DNA from: Fibrobacteraceae bacterium
GTDB taxonomy: Bacteria > Fibrobacterota > Fibrobacteria > Fibrobacterales > Fibrobacteraceae
Direction: 5' to 3'
Assembly: GCA_021443045.1 (NCBI GenBank)
Contig: JABUUT010000001.1
Location: 1-33,635 of the forward strand
Length of the DNA stretch: 33,635 nt
Shown: positions 1 through 11,300 of the stretch, piece by piece
Numbering within the stretch: position 1 is the first letter of the stretch
Layout: the number at the start of each line of letters is the position of its first letter
The notes under the pieces: model-generated
What the model was told of the DNA's origin: nothing
Seen by the model: the letters and a program-made list of their open reading frames with translations, nothing else
Databases searched by the model: none
Made by a program: the position numbers and the translations under genes

Positions 1-41
1 CGTCTTTCGTCTATAGGACCAAAGGTCCGTTCTATAGTCTA
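1..41. repeat. Short intergenic repeat element: degenerate heptamer units (CGTCTT/TCGTCTA/TAGTCTA) flanking a small hairpin GGACC-AAA-GGTCC
   Basis: GGACC 16-20 pairs with GGTCC 24-28, and CTATA 11-15 pairs with TATAG 33-37. Truncated by the window edge. Confidence 0.5.
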
Positions 42-54
42 AATGGACATTCAC

Positions 55-88
55 TGGATTCTTCAGGGCCTTGCCCTTCAGGATGACA
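55..88. repeat. REP-like palindromic element
   Basis: Reverse complement reads TGTCATCCTGAAGGGCAAGGCCCTGAAGAATCCA. Core hairpin is AGGGC-CTT-GCCCT (65-77). Resembles the GTCATCCTGA...GAATCC/GGATCC class of dispersed intergenic palindromes; only one copy in the window. Confidence 0.5.
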
Positions 89-220
89 GCGCTGATGGTT
101 AATAGGTGATAACCTAGTTTTACCGGACACATGATTTTGCATTTGATCCTTTTTTTTCACCACCTATTCCTTTAGTTTTTACGGCTTAACCCCATCTTGG
201 CTACTTTTCGCATCTGCAAA

Positions 221-232
221 TTTGGTAAATTT
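221..232 (+). promoter_or_regulatory. Putative -10-like element (TAAATT) 6 nt upstream of the batD ATG
   Basis: TTTGGTAAATTT. The same hexamer and spacing recur at 2912-2917 and 26777-26782. Confidence 0.4.
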
Positions 233-237
233 AGGGT

Positions 238-2055
238 ATGAAACAAATTTTTTCAACAATCCTTCTAGGAACAGCCCTAGTTGCCTTTGCCAGCCCATCC
301 CTGCAATTAGATAGGGAACGTATTGAATCTGGCAAAACATTTGGCTTGCAATTGATTGTACCGATTCAAGAGATTCCCGAAAGCCGAGGGGCTCTGCAAA
401 TGAACGCCCAAAACGGCTTTACCGTGTTGTCCGTAGACAGTGTCGACAAGGTGATTCGCCCTGATTTTGACGACATGTTTAGCAGTTTCTTTGGAGGTGG
501 TCGTAACAGAGGGGGCTACAAGGCTCGCGTATACAACTTTACCATGAAGGCTCCACGGCAAACAGGTAAAATTGATGCAGGAAGCATTACATGGGAAATT
601 GATGGTGAAAAACAGACCATAGCTCATAAAATTCCAATAAGCATTCAGAGGGCTTATACCGACGATGCCGTGGTTGTTTCCCTTACCCCAAACAAAAAAA
701 CAGTGTATGAAGGGGAACAATTCTCTGTAACTTTGGGTTTTCACACCTACGAACACTTTGCTGGAGGTCTTCAGGCCAAGTCCATGGATTTGGGCCACGA
801 GTTTATTGTCCACCGTGCCGACCTGAGCGAAATTCAGTTTAAGCCTGTTCCAGGCACAAGAGAAAATACAGCCGAAGCCAAGTTTGCCTGGCTTTCTCCT
901 ACAAAAAGTGGCGAACTGACTGTACCTGCTTTTACCTTTTCATACACAAAGGTTGGGGAACCTAAGGTGGTAGAAACTAAAAAGCAAATGGGAGGCATGA
1001 GTTTTACCTCACAGTCTGTGACTCAAGAACGCGAAGAAGCCGAAGCGAAAACCCCCACATTAAAAATTAATGTTAAGCCTCTGCCTACCGAAGGTAGGCC
1101 AGAAAACTTTTCTGGCATGGTGGGTAACTACAGCTTTAACGCCGACTTTGACAAAACAAACCTAAAAGTAGGCGAAGCCCTTACCTTATCTATAACCATT
1201 AAGGGCGATGGAACTCCAGGAACCATAGGGGCACCCAGGTTGCCAACCTTTGACGACTTCCGCTCCGTGCCTCCCGAAGAAAATATTTCAAAAAAAGTTG
1301 TGGGTGGGAAAGTGGTAACCACCAAGGAAATTCGAATTTTTCTGTACCCCAAAAAGAAGGGCTCCTTTACCATTCCAGAAATTTCTTATTCCTGGTTTAA
1401 CCCTAGCAAAAAGTTGTACGAAACCGCCAAGGCTGGCCCCTGGAACATTGAGGTGGAAAAAGGGGACAACACCTCTGAAATGGTATTCCAAGCCCCTGCC
1501 GCAGCAGGCCCCACTGCTGTGCAAAAGCAAGCCATTGAATCTCTAGGTTCCGACATCCGCTTTATCCATAATGTTAGCGACAAGGCTACCGACAGTGCTC
1601 CCTACAAAAGCATTCTGTTCTGGATAGTATTTGTTGCGGCAGTTCCATTGTATTTTATAGCAGCGTTCCTTATTTTACGCAAGCGCAAACGTAGTTCCGA
1701 CAGTGCCCTTATGCGCCGTGGCAAAGCTAATAAAATGCTTAAATCCAGATTTGCAGCTGCCGGAGCAGCCCTTCATAACAAAAACACCAAGGCCTTCTAT
1801 GCCGCTCTCGAAAATGGTCTAGTAGACTACATTAGCGACCTTACCAATACCGAGTTTCGCGGCATGACTCGCCCACAAATGAAACAGGAATTAGCCAGCC
1901 GCGGCATCAATGAAATCACAATCACTGCCATAGACGGCTGGTTTGAGAAATGCGCCTTTGCTCGTTTCGCCCCGGTAACCCCATCTACCAACGAACAAAT
2001 GCAAATGCTCAAAGATGTAGAACAGCTTTGTGAAAAACTTGGAAACCTAGAATGA
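238..2055 (+). CDS. batD: BatD-family (oxygen tolerance) protein
   Basis: 605 aa with a signal peptide and repeated Ig-like BatD domains (VYEGEQFSVTL; VKPLPTEGRPENFSGMVGNY; LKVGEALTLSITIKGDG; FTIPEISYSWFNP). One TM helix near aa 460-480, C-terminal helical domain (FARFAP). Lies upstream of a BatE-like gene. Confidence 0.85.
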   Translation: MKQIFSTILLGTALVAFASPSLQLDRERIESGKTFGLQLIVPIQEIPESRGALQMNAQNGFTVLSVDSVDKVIRPDFDDMFSSFFGGGRNRGGYKARVYNFTMKAPRQTGKIDAGSITWEIDGEKQTIAHKIPISIQRAYTDDAVVVSLTPNKKTVYEGEQFSVTLGFHTYEHFAGGLQAKSMDLGHEFIVHRADLSEIQFKPVPGTRENTAEAKFAWLSPTKSGELTVPAFTFSYTKVGEPKVVETKKQMGGMSFTSQSVTQEREEAEAKTPTLKINVKPLPTEGRPENFSGMVGNYSFNADFDKTNLKVGEALTLSITIKGDGTPGTIGAPRLPTFDDFRSVPPEENISKKVVGGKVVTTKEIRIFLYPKKKGSFTIPEISYSWFNPSKKLYETAKAGPWNIEVEKGDNTSEMVFQAPAAAGPTAVQKQAIESLGSDIRFIHNVSDKATDSAPYKSILFWIVFVAAVPLYFIAAFLILRKRKRSSDSALMRRGKANKMLKSRFAAAGAALHNKNTKAFYAALENGLVDYISDLTNTEFRGMTRPQMKQELASRGINEITITAIDGWFEKCAFARFAPVTPSTNEQMQMLKDVEQLCEKLGNLE

Positions 2056-2076
2056 TGGTTCGCTAGGAGAATTTTT

Positions 2077-2901
2077 ATGAATCAAAAATTACGATTTTTT
2101 ACCTTTTTCGTATTTCTATTTTTTGTTCAAGCTTTATTTGCAGTCAATGGATATTGTGCATCAAGAAAATGCCCCGGCATTGAAGAAGGCGCCAAGGCAT
2201 ACAAAGCCCAAGACTTTGAACGGGCCATAGACGAATGGCGCAGTTGCGTAGACGCCTCTGTAGCAAACTATTCCCAAACAAGCAACCAAAACGACGGGCA
2301 AAATGCCGACCTGCTGTACAATTTAGGAAACGCCTATTTCCGAAACGGAAATTTGGGCTTTGCCATTTACTACTACAAGTCTGCACTACGTTTAAACCCC
2401 AACGACGAAGACATTCAGCACAACCTTAAATTTGCCGAAGCCATGACCAAAGACAAGGTGGATGAAGATGAAGAGGAAAACCCCATTCTCTCAGGTCTTT
2501 TTGCAGTTCACCATGTCGTTTCCCTAAAGGGCCAGCTATTTATTCTGCTGGGGCTGTTCTGGGCCATTTTTGCAATTTTCATTTTACGAATTTTGGCACA
2601 CAACTATAAATCCAAGAATATTTGCACGGGAATTGTATTTGGCATCGCCTGCATTTTTTCTGTTATTGGAGCCAGTGCGGCATACAAAATTATTGTTCTG
2701 GAAACAGAAACAATTGGTGTAGTCACCGCTAAAGATGCCGATGTAACCAGCGCTCCCAGCGACAAGTCCCAAACCTTGAATACCCTTTCCGAAGGTACCT
2801 CTTTTGAAATTCTCAGTGACCAAGGCAACTTTGTGGAAATAAAGCTTGGAGACAAAGTTAAGGGCTTTATGAAAAAGTCTGAAATTGGAATTGTAAAATA
2901 A
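2077..2901 (+). CDS. batE: BatE-like TPR + TM + SH3 domain protein
   Basis: TPR motif LLYNLGNAYFRNGNLGFAIYYYKSALRLNPNDEDIQHNL, two TM helices, C-terminal SH3b-like region (SAPSDKSQTLNTLSEGT...VKGFM). SD AGGAGA at 2065-2070. Confidence 0.82.
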   Translation: MNQKLRFFTFFVFLFFVQALFAVNGYCASRKCPGIEEGAKAYKAQDFERAIDEWRSCVDASVANYSQTSNQNDGQNADLLYNLGNAYFRNGNLGFAIYYYKSALRLNPNDEDIQHNLKFAEAMTKDKVDEDEEENPILSGLFAVHHVVSLKGQLFILLGLFWAIFAIFILRILAHNYKSKNICTGIVFGIACIFSVIGASAAYKIIVLETETIGVVTAKDADVTSAPSDKSQTLNTLSEGTSFEILSDQGNFVEIKLGDKVKGFMKKSEIGIVK

Positions 2902-2924
2902 CACCCTCTTTTAAATTCTTTTCT

Positions 2925-4277
2925 GTGGAATTCATTGCCTTTGGAACATTCGGAGCCATTCTTGTGGTGGGCATGCTGTGGGGTGCCCCCCTTATAGTAT
3001 TGTTGCTTTTGGGATTAGTGGTGTTCTTGGCCTATGGAATTTGGCGAGGGTTTTCTTTTCGTGAACTTTTAAAGCTAAGCCTGAAGGGCATGGGCTTAGC
3101 AAAAAATGTGGCTATTGTTATGCTTATGATTGGCAGTTTGTCGGCACTTTGGCGTAGTTGCGGCACCATTGCCTTCATTGTTTCTGCAAGTTTAAATTTT
3201 GTAAGCCTCGAGTTTTTTTTGCCTGCCGTATTTATGCTGAATCTATTGATGTCGGTTTTAACGGGAACATCTTTTGGTACCATTGCCACCATGGGTATTA
3301 TATCCATGAGTCTTGGAAGTGCTCTGGGGGCCGATTCCGCATATACTGCAGGAGCCGTTCTTTCCGGAGCCTATTTTGGAGACCGCTGTTCGCCGATTTC
3401 TACAAGTGCCATTCTTGTTGCCGAAGTTACAGAAACTAAGTTATATAAAAACATAGTCATCATGTGCAAAACGGGATTGGCGGCCTTTGTAGTCAGTTTG
3501 GCTTTATACTTTGTCTTGAGTTTTTATAGTAGCGAAGGTGTTTACCAAAAAATGGTTGAACACCAGGCTGAATTAACTTCTGTGCAGAATCTTTTTTCAG
3601 CCCATTTTACCATGAACGGGGTGCTGCTTTTACCAGCCTTAAGCATTATTGTAATGTCGGTGTTTAGGGTGAATGTAAAAGTCACCATGATGGTGAGTAT
3701 TGGAATTGCAGGAATTCTATGTGCAGTACTGCAAGGAATGGGCTTTGTTGAAATTCTGAAAATTACTTTTTTTGGATTTGAATGCAACAACAAGACGATA
3801 GGAAGCATGCTTAATGGCGGAGGAATGTTTAGCATGATTAAGCTCTCTGCAGTTGTGTGCATTGCCCTTTGTTATGCTGGAATTTTTAGAGGCACCCACA
3901 TGCTGGTGAAGATTTCAACCACACTTTCTCAATTGGCACAGCGTACAACACCTTTTACCAGCGTGCTAGTTACCGCCATTATCACCAATATGTTTGCCTG
4001 CAACCAAACCCTGAGTATTTCTCTTACCAGTGAACTGTGTGGGGATTTTGTAAAAGGCAAAGACACCCCGAGCGCCAACAAATACAAATTAGCGCAATTT
4101 ATAGAAAATTCCTGCATTACCATAGCGCCCCTTATACCCTGGTCCATCGCCTGCATCATTCCCCTAGAAATGCTGCAGGTAGACTTTAAGCCTGTTCTAT
4201 TCGCCTTCTTTTTGTATCTGTTGCCCCTAACACAGCTCATTGCCGATGGGCTACAGAACCTCAAAAAAATTATTTAA
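2925..4277 (+). CDS. Na+/H+ antiporter NhaC-family transporter
   Basis: 450 aa, highly hydrophobic. Family motifs LTGTSFGTIATMG, SGAYFGDRCSPIS and APLIPWS. GTG start. Confidence 0.8.
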   Translation: MEFIAFGTFGAILVVGMLWGAPLIVLLLLGLVVFLAYGIWRGFSFRELLKLSLKGMGLAKNVAIVMLMIGSLSALWRSCGTIAFIVSASLNFVSLEFFLPAVFMLNLLMSVLTGTSFGTIATMGIISMSLGSALGADSAYTAGAVLSGAYFGDRCSPISTSAILVAEVTETKLYKNIVIMCKTGLAAFVVSLALYFVLSFYSSEGVYQKMVEHQAELTSVQNLFSAHFTMNGVLLLPALSIIVMSVFRVNVKVTMMVSIGIAGILCAVLQGMGFVEILKITFFGFECNNKTIGSMLNGGGMFSMIKLSAVVCIALCYAGIFRGTHMLVKISTTLSQLAQRTTPFTSVLVTAIITNMFACNQTLSISLTSELCGDFVKGKDTPSANKYKLAQFIENSCITIAPLIPWSIACIIPLEMLQVDFKPVLFAFFLYLLPLTQLIADGLQNLKKII

Positions 4278-5352
4278 TCCACCCGCCACCAAGAACCATG
4301 TCGGCTTCATTTTCCACCCCATAAAAAACGGCACACTGCCCCGGGGTTATGGCAAAAAGAGGCTCTTCAAAAACAACACGGGCACACCCTTGTTCTAAAG
4401 GAAAAACTTCACAATTTACAGGTCGTTGTCGGTATCGTACCATGCCCATACAGTTAAAACTTTCACCTACTTTTTCGTCAATGTTTCCATGCCACACGCA
4501 TTTTTCCAAAAAAGCTTCTTTAAAGCAAACGGTGTCTTTATGGGGGGTCACCACAATATCGCCACTTTCAAAATCCACATGGCGCACAAAGGCCGGCACA
4601 CCTAGGGCCACATTCAGCCCCTTACGCTGGCCAACGGTATAGCGATGGTATCCCTCGTGGCGGCGTAAAATTTTACCCTCTTCCGTTACAAAATTTCCAC
4701 CATGAGTCATGGGGCCAAACTGGTCTTGCAAAAATTGGGTATATTCCGAGCCGTAAATATCAAAGCAAATATCTTGGCTGTCGCTTGCGCTGGCGTTGGC
4801 AAATCCATGACGGGCAGCTATTTCACGAACTTCCGCCTTAGTGTAATCACCAAGGGGCGTCAACACTTTGGCCATGCGCTCGTCAGGAACCGCAAAGAGA
4901 AAATAACTCTGGTCCTTATTGCCATCTTTACCTTTAAACAGGCGGCGAGCCCCATTCCAAGGTGCCGTACGAACATAGTGTCCAGTGGCTAAAAAATCGG
5001 CCCCCAATTCCAGGGCATAGTCCATCATCCACCCAAACTTCACATGACGATTGCAATAGCAGCAGGGGTTTGGTGTGCGAGCTTTGGCAAAATCAGCATG
5101 AGCGTTTCGCAGCACCGTTTGGGTAAAGGCGTCACTACAAAGGGCAACATGATGTTCCACCCCCAGCCTGGAAGCCACAGCGCGAGCTTTCCGTACACTT
5201 TCATCCGTTTCGGGATTGTAATGGCGGCCTCCCACATCGGGCAAAACCCGAAGGGTAACGCCCACCACATCGTAACCCTGCTGTTGCAATAAAAGTGCTG
5301 CTACAGACGAATCCACGCCTCCGCTCATTCCCACAACAACACGTTTCTTCAT
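4270..5352 (-). CDS. mnmA: tRNA-specific 2-thiouridylase MnmA
   Basis: PP-loop GMSGGVDSSV, TPNPCCYCNRHVKF, ATGHY, KDQSYFL, DSQDICF, YTVGQRKGL, TPGQCAVFY. Confidence 0.96.
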   Translation of the reverse strand: MKKRVVVGMSGGVDSSVAALLLQQQGYDVVGVTLRVLPDVGGRHYNPETDESVRKARAVASRLGVEHHVALCSDAFTQTVLRNAHADFAKARTPNPCCYCNRHVKFGWMMDYALELGADFLATGHYVRTAPWNGARRLFKGKDGNKDQSYFLFAVPDERMAKVLTPLGDYTKAEVREIAARHGFANASASDSQDICFDIYGSEYTQFLQDQFGPMTHGGNFVTEEGKILRRHEGYHRYTVGQRKGLNVALGVPAFVRHVDFESGDIVVTPHKDTVCFKEAFLEKCVWHGNIDEKVGESFNCMGMVRYRQRPVNCEVFPLEQGCARVVFEEPLFAITPGQCAVFYGVENEADMVLGGGWIK

Positions 5353-5360
5353 GGGCCAAC

Positions 5361-8300
5361 CTAGTTGAAGCGCAGCATCAGGGCAATTTCAAATTGCAGA
5401 ATCTGACGCAGATGAGGCGTTTCATCATCCAATTCCTCATATATCTGACGATACTCAATATAGGAACTCATGGACGCAATTTTATTAAACTGATAACCTG
5501 CACTGGGGCGTACAAACCATTCGTGGGTTCTCGAAGGAATGGTTCTATCGGTCAGTGTCAGCTTGGGTTTGTATACGGTTGGATCGGTATCGGCAGGGTT
5601 TCCATTGACGCCAGAATCAAAGTGCCACCGTTTGTAAATGCCGTCGGTACCCGATTCCTTGTTCCACATGTCGTAACCCTGAACGGGGTCATATTCCTTT
5701 CGGATTGTCTTTTTATAGTCGTAACCAGCCGTTAGGCGCAAGTCAATGTCGTTATCCAGTTTTATGTACCACTTCCAAAGTTGGAAGCCTTTCTTTGTTT
5801 TTAACGGATAGGCAATGGTAAAGTCGTCACCTACGTTAATGCCAAAGTCATTGTACAAAGAAGTGTGTATCCATGGTGTATCCCAGAAATATTTTGTGGT
5901 ATCATTCTTGTTGCCAAGAGAATCGGGCCAGGATGGGCTGGCAATCACTTCTTCCTTTGGCCTACGATCGGTAGATTCAATTCTTAAACGAACGCTGTTT
6001 TCAATGCGGATGTTCTTTTGAGTTAGGAATGTCCAACGAACCAGCGGGTTAAAGTTCCATATATGAGCCCAGGAATCTTCGGCGCTCTGGAAGGGCCTAA
6101 CCGTTGTGGTTGTGGAATAGTCAAAACGATGGGAAGCGCTTACACTGCGGAATCCGTTGAGGAATCCGATGCGTTGAGCAAAGTTAGGCACATTTATTCC
6201 TATTCCAATCTTTGGCCACAGTGTGGTTGTATCCGTATAGAGAGGGTACTCTCTAGACTGGGAGAAGTCTTCTTTCCACTGCAAATCCCCTGTAACGCCA
6301 ATGTCCCAAACGGGTAGAGTTAAGCCAGTACCCACTTGGAAGCTGCGCGAAACCGCATGGGTAAAGCTTCCCTGATAAACTAAGGTATCCACATGGCGGT
6401 TGCGGTATTCGGCAAAGTCCACAAAGTCGTTGCGATGGTCTAAGCCCATGTCGCCACTCACAATGTTCCACAGACCTCTGTTGCGATAACCGTTTCCAAG
6501 GCCCAAACCGTACAGGTAATATTGCAATGGCGTAACGTTCTGTTCTTCGTAAAGTTGAGCCAGGGTAAAGTTTTCACCCACCGTGTTGGTGCTGGCGTTC
6601 CAGTTAAACCGTATTTCACGCCACTTGATTTTATCCAAAGCCCTTGCCACCATGTTTTGACGACCAAAGGATTGAGCCAGGTCGTAAATTTTAAATGTAG
6701 GGGCAAAGTCAAAACGGTTCGTTTGAGAAATGGTCCAGTAATTTTTCTCTACACTGGTTTCATCGTAAAGGTCAAAATCGTCCGGAATGGTTTTCTGTTG
6801 AGTAAAATCCGAAGTAAAGTTGGCCGTAAACGGAATGAATGGGATAATGCGAGGGTTAAAACCAATCTTGAATTGCTGACTGCGGGAACGTTCGTTGCGC
6901 AGAATACCATAAGCACGACCATACTCCCTGCGACCCACACTGTCTACTTTGTAGAAGCGGGTGCTGTCGTAAAGGATGGTAAAGGAATTGGGGTTCTGCA
7001 TGTCAATGGCCAGAGTATCGCCATTTTCTGCCACCTTGGGAATGGTGTCGTAAGGTATAACCACAACAGAGTCGCTAGAAATATAAACTTTGCGGTCGGT
7101 GTGGTCGTAGTCAAAAATGTAGTCGCTGGCGAAGAGGCCGCCTTCTTTAGTGGTAAAGAAGTTTTCCTTGGCAAACGCTTCACGGTCGCCGCCACCATAC
7201 ATGTCACGCTGGATATTTACACTGTAGCTGGTGCTAAGGAATGAAAGAATATTCCAGCGCATGTTCAGGCGATGGTTCAAATCGGCTGTGTAGGTAACCA
7301 CTTTATCCACCTGAGGCTTTACAAAGTCGGGGTCCCTATCCTGGTCCACATAGCGAATGTAGGTAAAGTCGAACAGGGTTAAATCCAAGGTTTGTGGCCA
7401 AGGTTCAAATTCCGTTTTTGAAATTTCCTTAAGCCAGGAATACTTGGAAAGGCCATCCAGAGGCTTGAATTTGAACAAAGTAAATGTACCCAGTTTGTAT
7501 TCCAGCATGGTTCTGTAGGAATAGGTGGAATCGGCGCTGGTGGTAGAACGGCTTTCATTTTCGTTGTAGGAATAACTAATCGCAGGGCGTTCCAACAGAA
7601 CCTGAGAAAGGACCTCACCTAATTTTGAATCGGCTGCCTTATAATCCTTACTATAACTTATGCTAATACTCTTGTCGCGAGAATACGACTCATAGCCCTT
7701 TGATTCGGCTTCATTGCGAAGTTCTTCTTCCTTTTTATCAGAAGTAACGCTAAGTTCATTCTGGAACATGTCCCCCGTCATATCCGAAAAACTACTCTTG
7801 TTCAGAATCATGTCATCTGTGGGTTTCATGTAGGGGCGTTTTGTGGTGGTTCTATAGCCCAAACTCAGCGGAATGTGGAACCCGGCACTATCGTTGAGGA
7901 ATTTGTTCAGGCTAAAGGATACATCGCCAGAAATATCCAGCTGGGAGGCCGCTTCGGAAAGTTTTGGCTTAGGAGAACCCCCGTTACTAGAAAGGGTGGC
8001 AAAGTCACCATCCTGATAACGCAAGGCTCCAGATACCGACATAAAATCGGCAAAAGTCACTTGACCACTGGTACGGGCGGCATAACCCCATTCCGTATCC
8101 ATGTCTGAAAGGCGAAGGTCATCTACCCAGAATGTACCCTTGAGGTCGTCTTCTGAGGCACTGGAATCGGCAATTATCACAAAACGCATCCAGTCGATAT
8201 TTGTAATGGAAGGGTTACCAACCAACCTTAAGCGTTCTTCCCTATCGCCTCCCAATTCTTTTACCACGGGGGTTACAAAAGGAGGTTTACGCCCCACCTT

Positions 8301-11300
8301 TAAATTGGAAAAATCAACCACATTCATGGCAAAGGCGTTGTCTAGCCAGTTTCTTTCGTGGCAATCCTGTGTACGTTCCGAAGATGGGCAGGTAAAGTTT
8401 ACTGGGCGGAAGCTCCATTCGTAGTAGTCCTGGGAGCCGTCCAAAGAACCTTCACCAAACTGCAGGGCAAATCGCACTGGAACTTTGGTAGCATCCGTGG
8501 CATAGTGAATTTCCATCTTTACAGACTTGTAGGTAGAAAAATCTTTCTTGTCGGTCTCAAAAATTCGAGTCACCCCCACTTCTTGGCCCGGCTTCATATT
8601 TTGGTAATCCAAAACCAATGCTGTTTCTTTAAGAGGGGCATTGGTGTCGGAATCCCGTTCGGTAGTGGTGTTGGGAGATTTCTGATACTTGTTTGAATTT
8701 TCACGGTTGTTAATGGTAGACACTTTAATGTAACTGGTGTCGCGGCTATCCACATTTTCAGTGACCATGGTTTCAACACCATTGACTTCCACAATTTGTG
8801 AATTCTCGGTGGTGCTGGTACGGTACAGATCGGCAACCGTGGTTTCTTCCCAGGCGTTGCCTACCACAGACAATTCCACAATCTGCACCTTGGCTTCGGC
8901 CACACCAGGATTCAAATTACCCAGCCACAGACGGGTAAACTGCGCACCCGATAAAATTTCGGTATAGCTGCTGCCGTTGGCCGAAACAATGGTGTCGTAC
9001 TGGTTTAAAGGAATGCGCCATTTGCGCCAGCCGTTCTTCAACTCCTCAAAATCTAGAGGGTCGGTACTAGAAAGGTCTATGCGGTAGCGAACAAAACTGA
9101 TGTCGGTGTCCAGGGAGCCGTTCTTGTTAATGTCTTCCGTATCGTACGTCCGTTCGCCGGAGTTGTTTTCGGTACCGTTGATATATACAGGAGGGTCGCT
9201 GTCATCGTCATACTTGTCACTAAAGTTGTCTCTTGCAATATCGGTGGTAGACGCATCTGAGTTCAAGGTGTTGTAAATTGTGGAAACGCAACCTGTAATA
9301 CGACAATCCCACACCTGACGAACTTCGTCGGAGCCACTTACCCCATCTAGGCCCTTGTCATGAAGTGCCGTTGTGGTGCCCAGATCATTTTCACCTTCAT
9401 ACTGGCCATCAGGTTCAAAGCCATTAATCGGCAAGTCCTCACTAATTAAGCCCAAGTCCAAATAGATGGAGCCCACATTACCGCGAGCCACCACCTCTAT
9501 ATACTTCATATCGCTCATATCCTGATAATAGGAGCTATTGGGACGCATAATGCCGCCCCAAGAGTTTCCTGCCAAATTGTCATTGGCACGAAGAGTCATC
9601 TTGAGCACCGTAAGGTGCTGATTGTCTACATCGGAGTTGCCCACGTTGGGGTAAATGTACTTGTAGAGTTCCGTGTTGTTGCTATGCCAAATAAACTCAC
9701 CCTTATGGCGGTAGTCCTGATTCTCTATGTAAGTGGCCGGGTCTCTCGCCACGCCGCCTGGAGGGGAAGCCGGGTACCAGGAAAGCCTGGATAGAGGGTA
9801 GTTTAGCCCCAGGGATGTAGATTCAAAATCTTCCACCAAGGCTGTGTTGTGGTCGCTGGTGTTGGCGTTGTGACGGCTGGAGGCAAATTCGGCTTCAAAG
9901 CGCCAGTTAGACTGGGCATCGGTTTTAATGCCGGGAATCAGATTTACAAAGTCGGTGAAGGCTCGGAGCGTGTCTTGCAGGCGAAGGTTTACACCCCAAA
10001 GGAAACTGGAGTAGGGCTCGTTACCCAAAGTGGGGGTTTGTGCCGTTGTGCTTTGGCTCTTGTAAAGGGCGGTAACACCCAAAACAGATCCCGCACCCAT
10101 GCCGTAGAGATCCAAAGGAAGTTCTGCACGGGCACCCAGCAACAGTTTGTTGTCTATTTCAAAAAGCGGCTCACATTCAAAGCTAACCTTGATTTCTTTG
10201 TTAGGGTCCAAGGCCCGGTCGCTTAAAAGTTCAATTTGTCCCAGCTCGTAGTTCACCTCGTAGTCTACGCCACGAGTAAGAACCGTAGAACCGGCAGTGA
10301 GCTTTTCGGTACCTGGAGAAATGTCCATGCAAGAACCTGCACTTACAGAATAACTGGAGCTGGGGTCGCGAACGCTGATGGTGGAATTGCGGCGTTTTCC
10401 AACCGATTCAAAGAGGAACCGGTATGTATAGCGGTTTAGATTGTACACCGGAAGTTCGTATAGCTGAGCCATGGCATTGGAAGAGTCCAACTGGCGCAAG
10501 GGTTCCAAGCAATACTGCATGGCACGGGCTTCTGCATTTGGTATTTGGCGTTTGGTATACCAAGACAGAGGCTTACAAGGGAGCCACATTTCTCCAGTGT
10601 AATTACCTGAAGCATCTTTTTTGAATATGGTAGCATCGTTAACTAGTGGACTGCCAGTAATGGAATCGGCCACGCCCAAATCCTTAAGATAGGTACCTGT
10701 AACACCCGACTTGTTTTTCATGCGAAGGACAAAGCTGCTGGCCCCGCCGTCGGAAATACCAACAGAGTACACGTTTCGAAGCATCAGTTTGTCTATGCCC
10801 ACCAATTCAGACAGGTTGGCGTCCCACTGAATGAGCACCACCCTGGATCCGTTGCGAACAGTAGTTCCCGTGCGGCCAGTGCCGTCGTTGCTCCAGCTGG
10901 CTGCCACCAATGTATTTCTGGTCACCCCATTAATTCTCAAGATACCTGTTTTAGGGTCATAGGTATATTCGCTAGAAGGAATTTCAACCATGCGTTCCAC
11001 AACCTTTTCAATGGTCTTTCCAGTAGGCGTGGTGTACACAACGGTAATATTGTCGATAACGTCCGTTTTGGCGTTGGTGCTGCTGCGCTTATAAAGCTTT
11101 AGGTTGGTGGCTGGGTAACTGGAAGTGGTGCGCCCCCCAATCAAAGCGGTAATGTAGGAGTTTCTGGCATCGTGATTCAAGAAATAGTATCGATAGGCAA
11201 TAAAGTTCTTGTCCAAAATTTGGAATTCCGAAGTGGTCTCACTGGCATTGATAGTGTACTCCTCCTGACTGCCGCCATCTTGAGAAGCTATTGTAGTTAA

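Noticed and set aside
6522-7244. 240-aa plus-strand ORF and other short ORFs inside sprA
   Set aside because: Antisense shadows of a long, motif-supported gene; no recognisable motifs or RBS.
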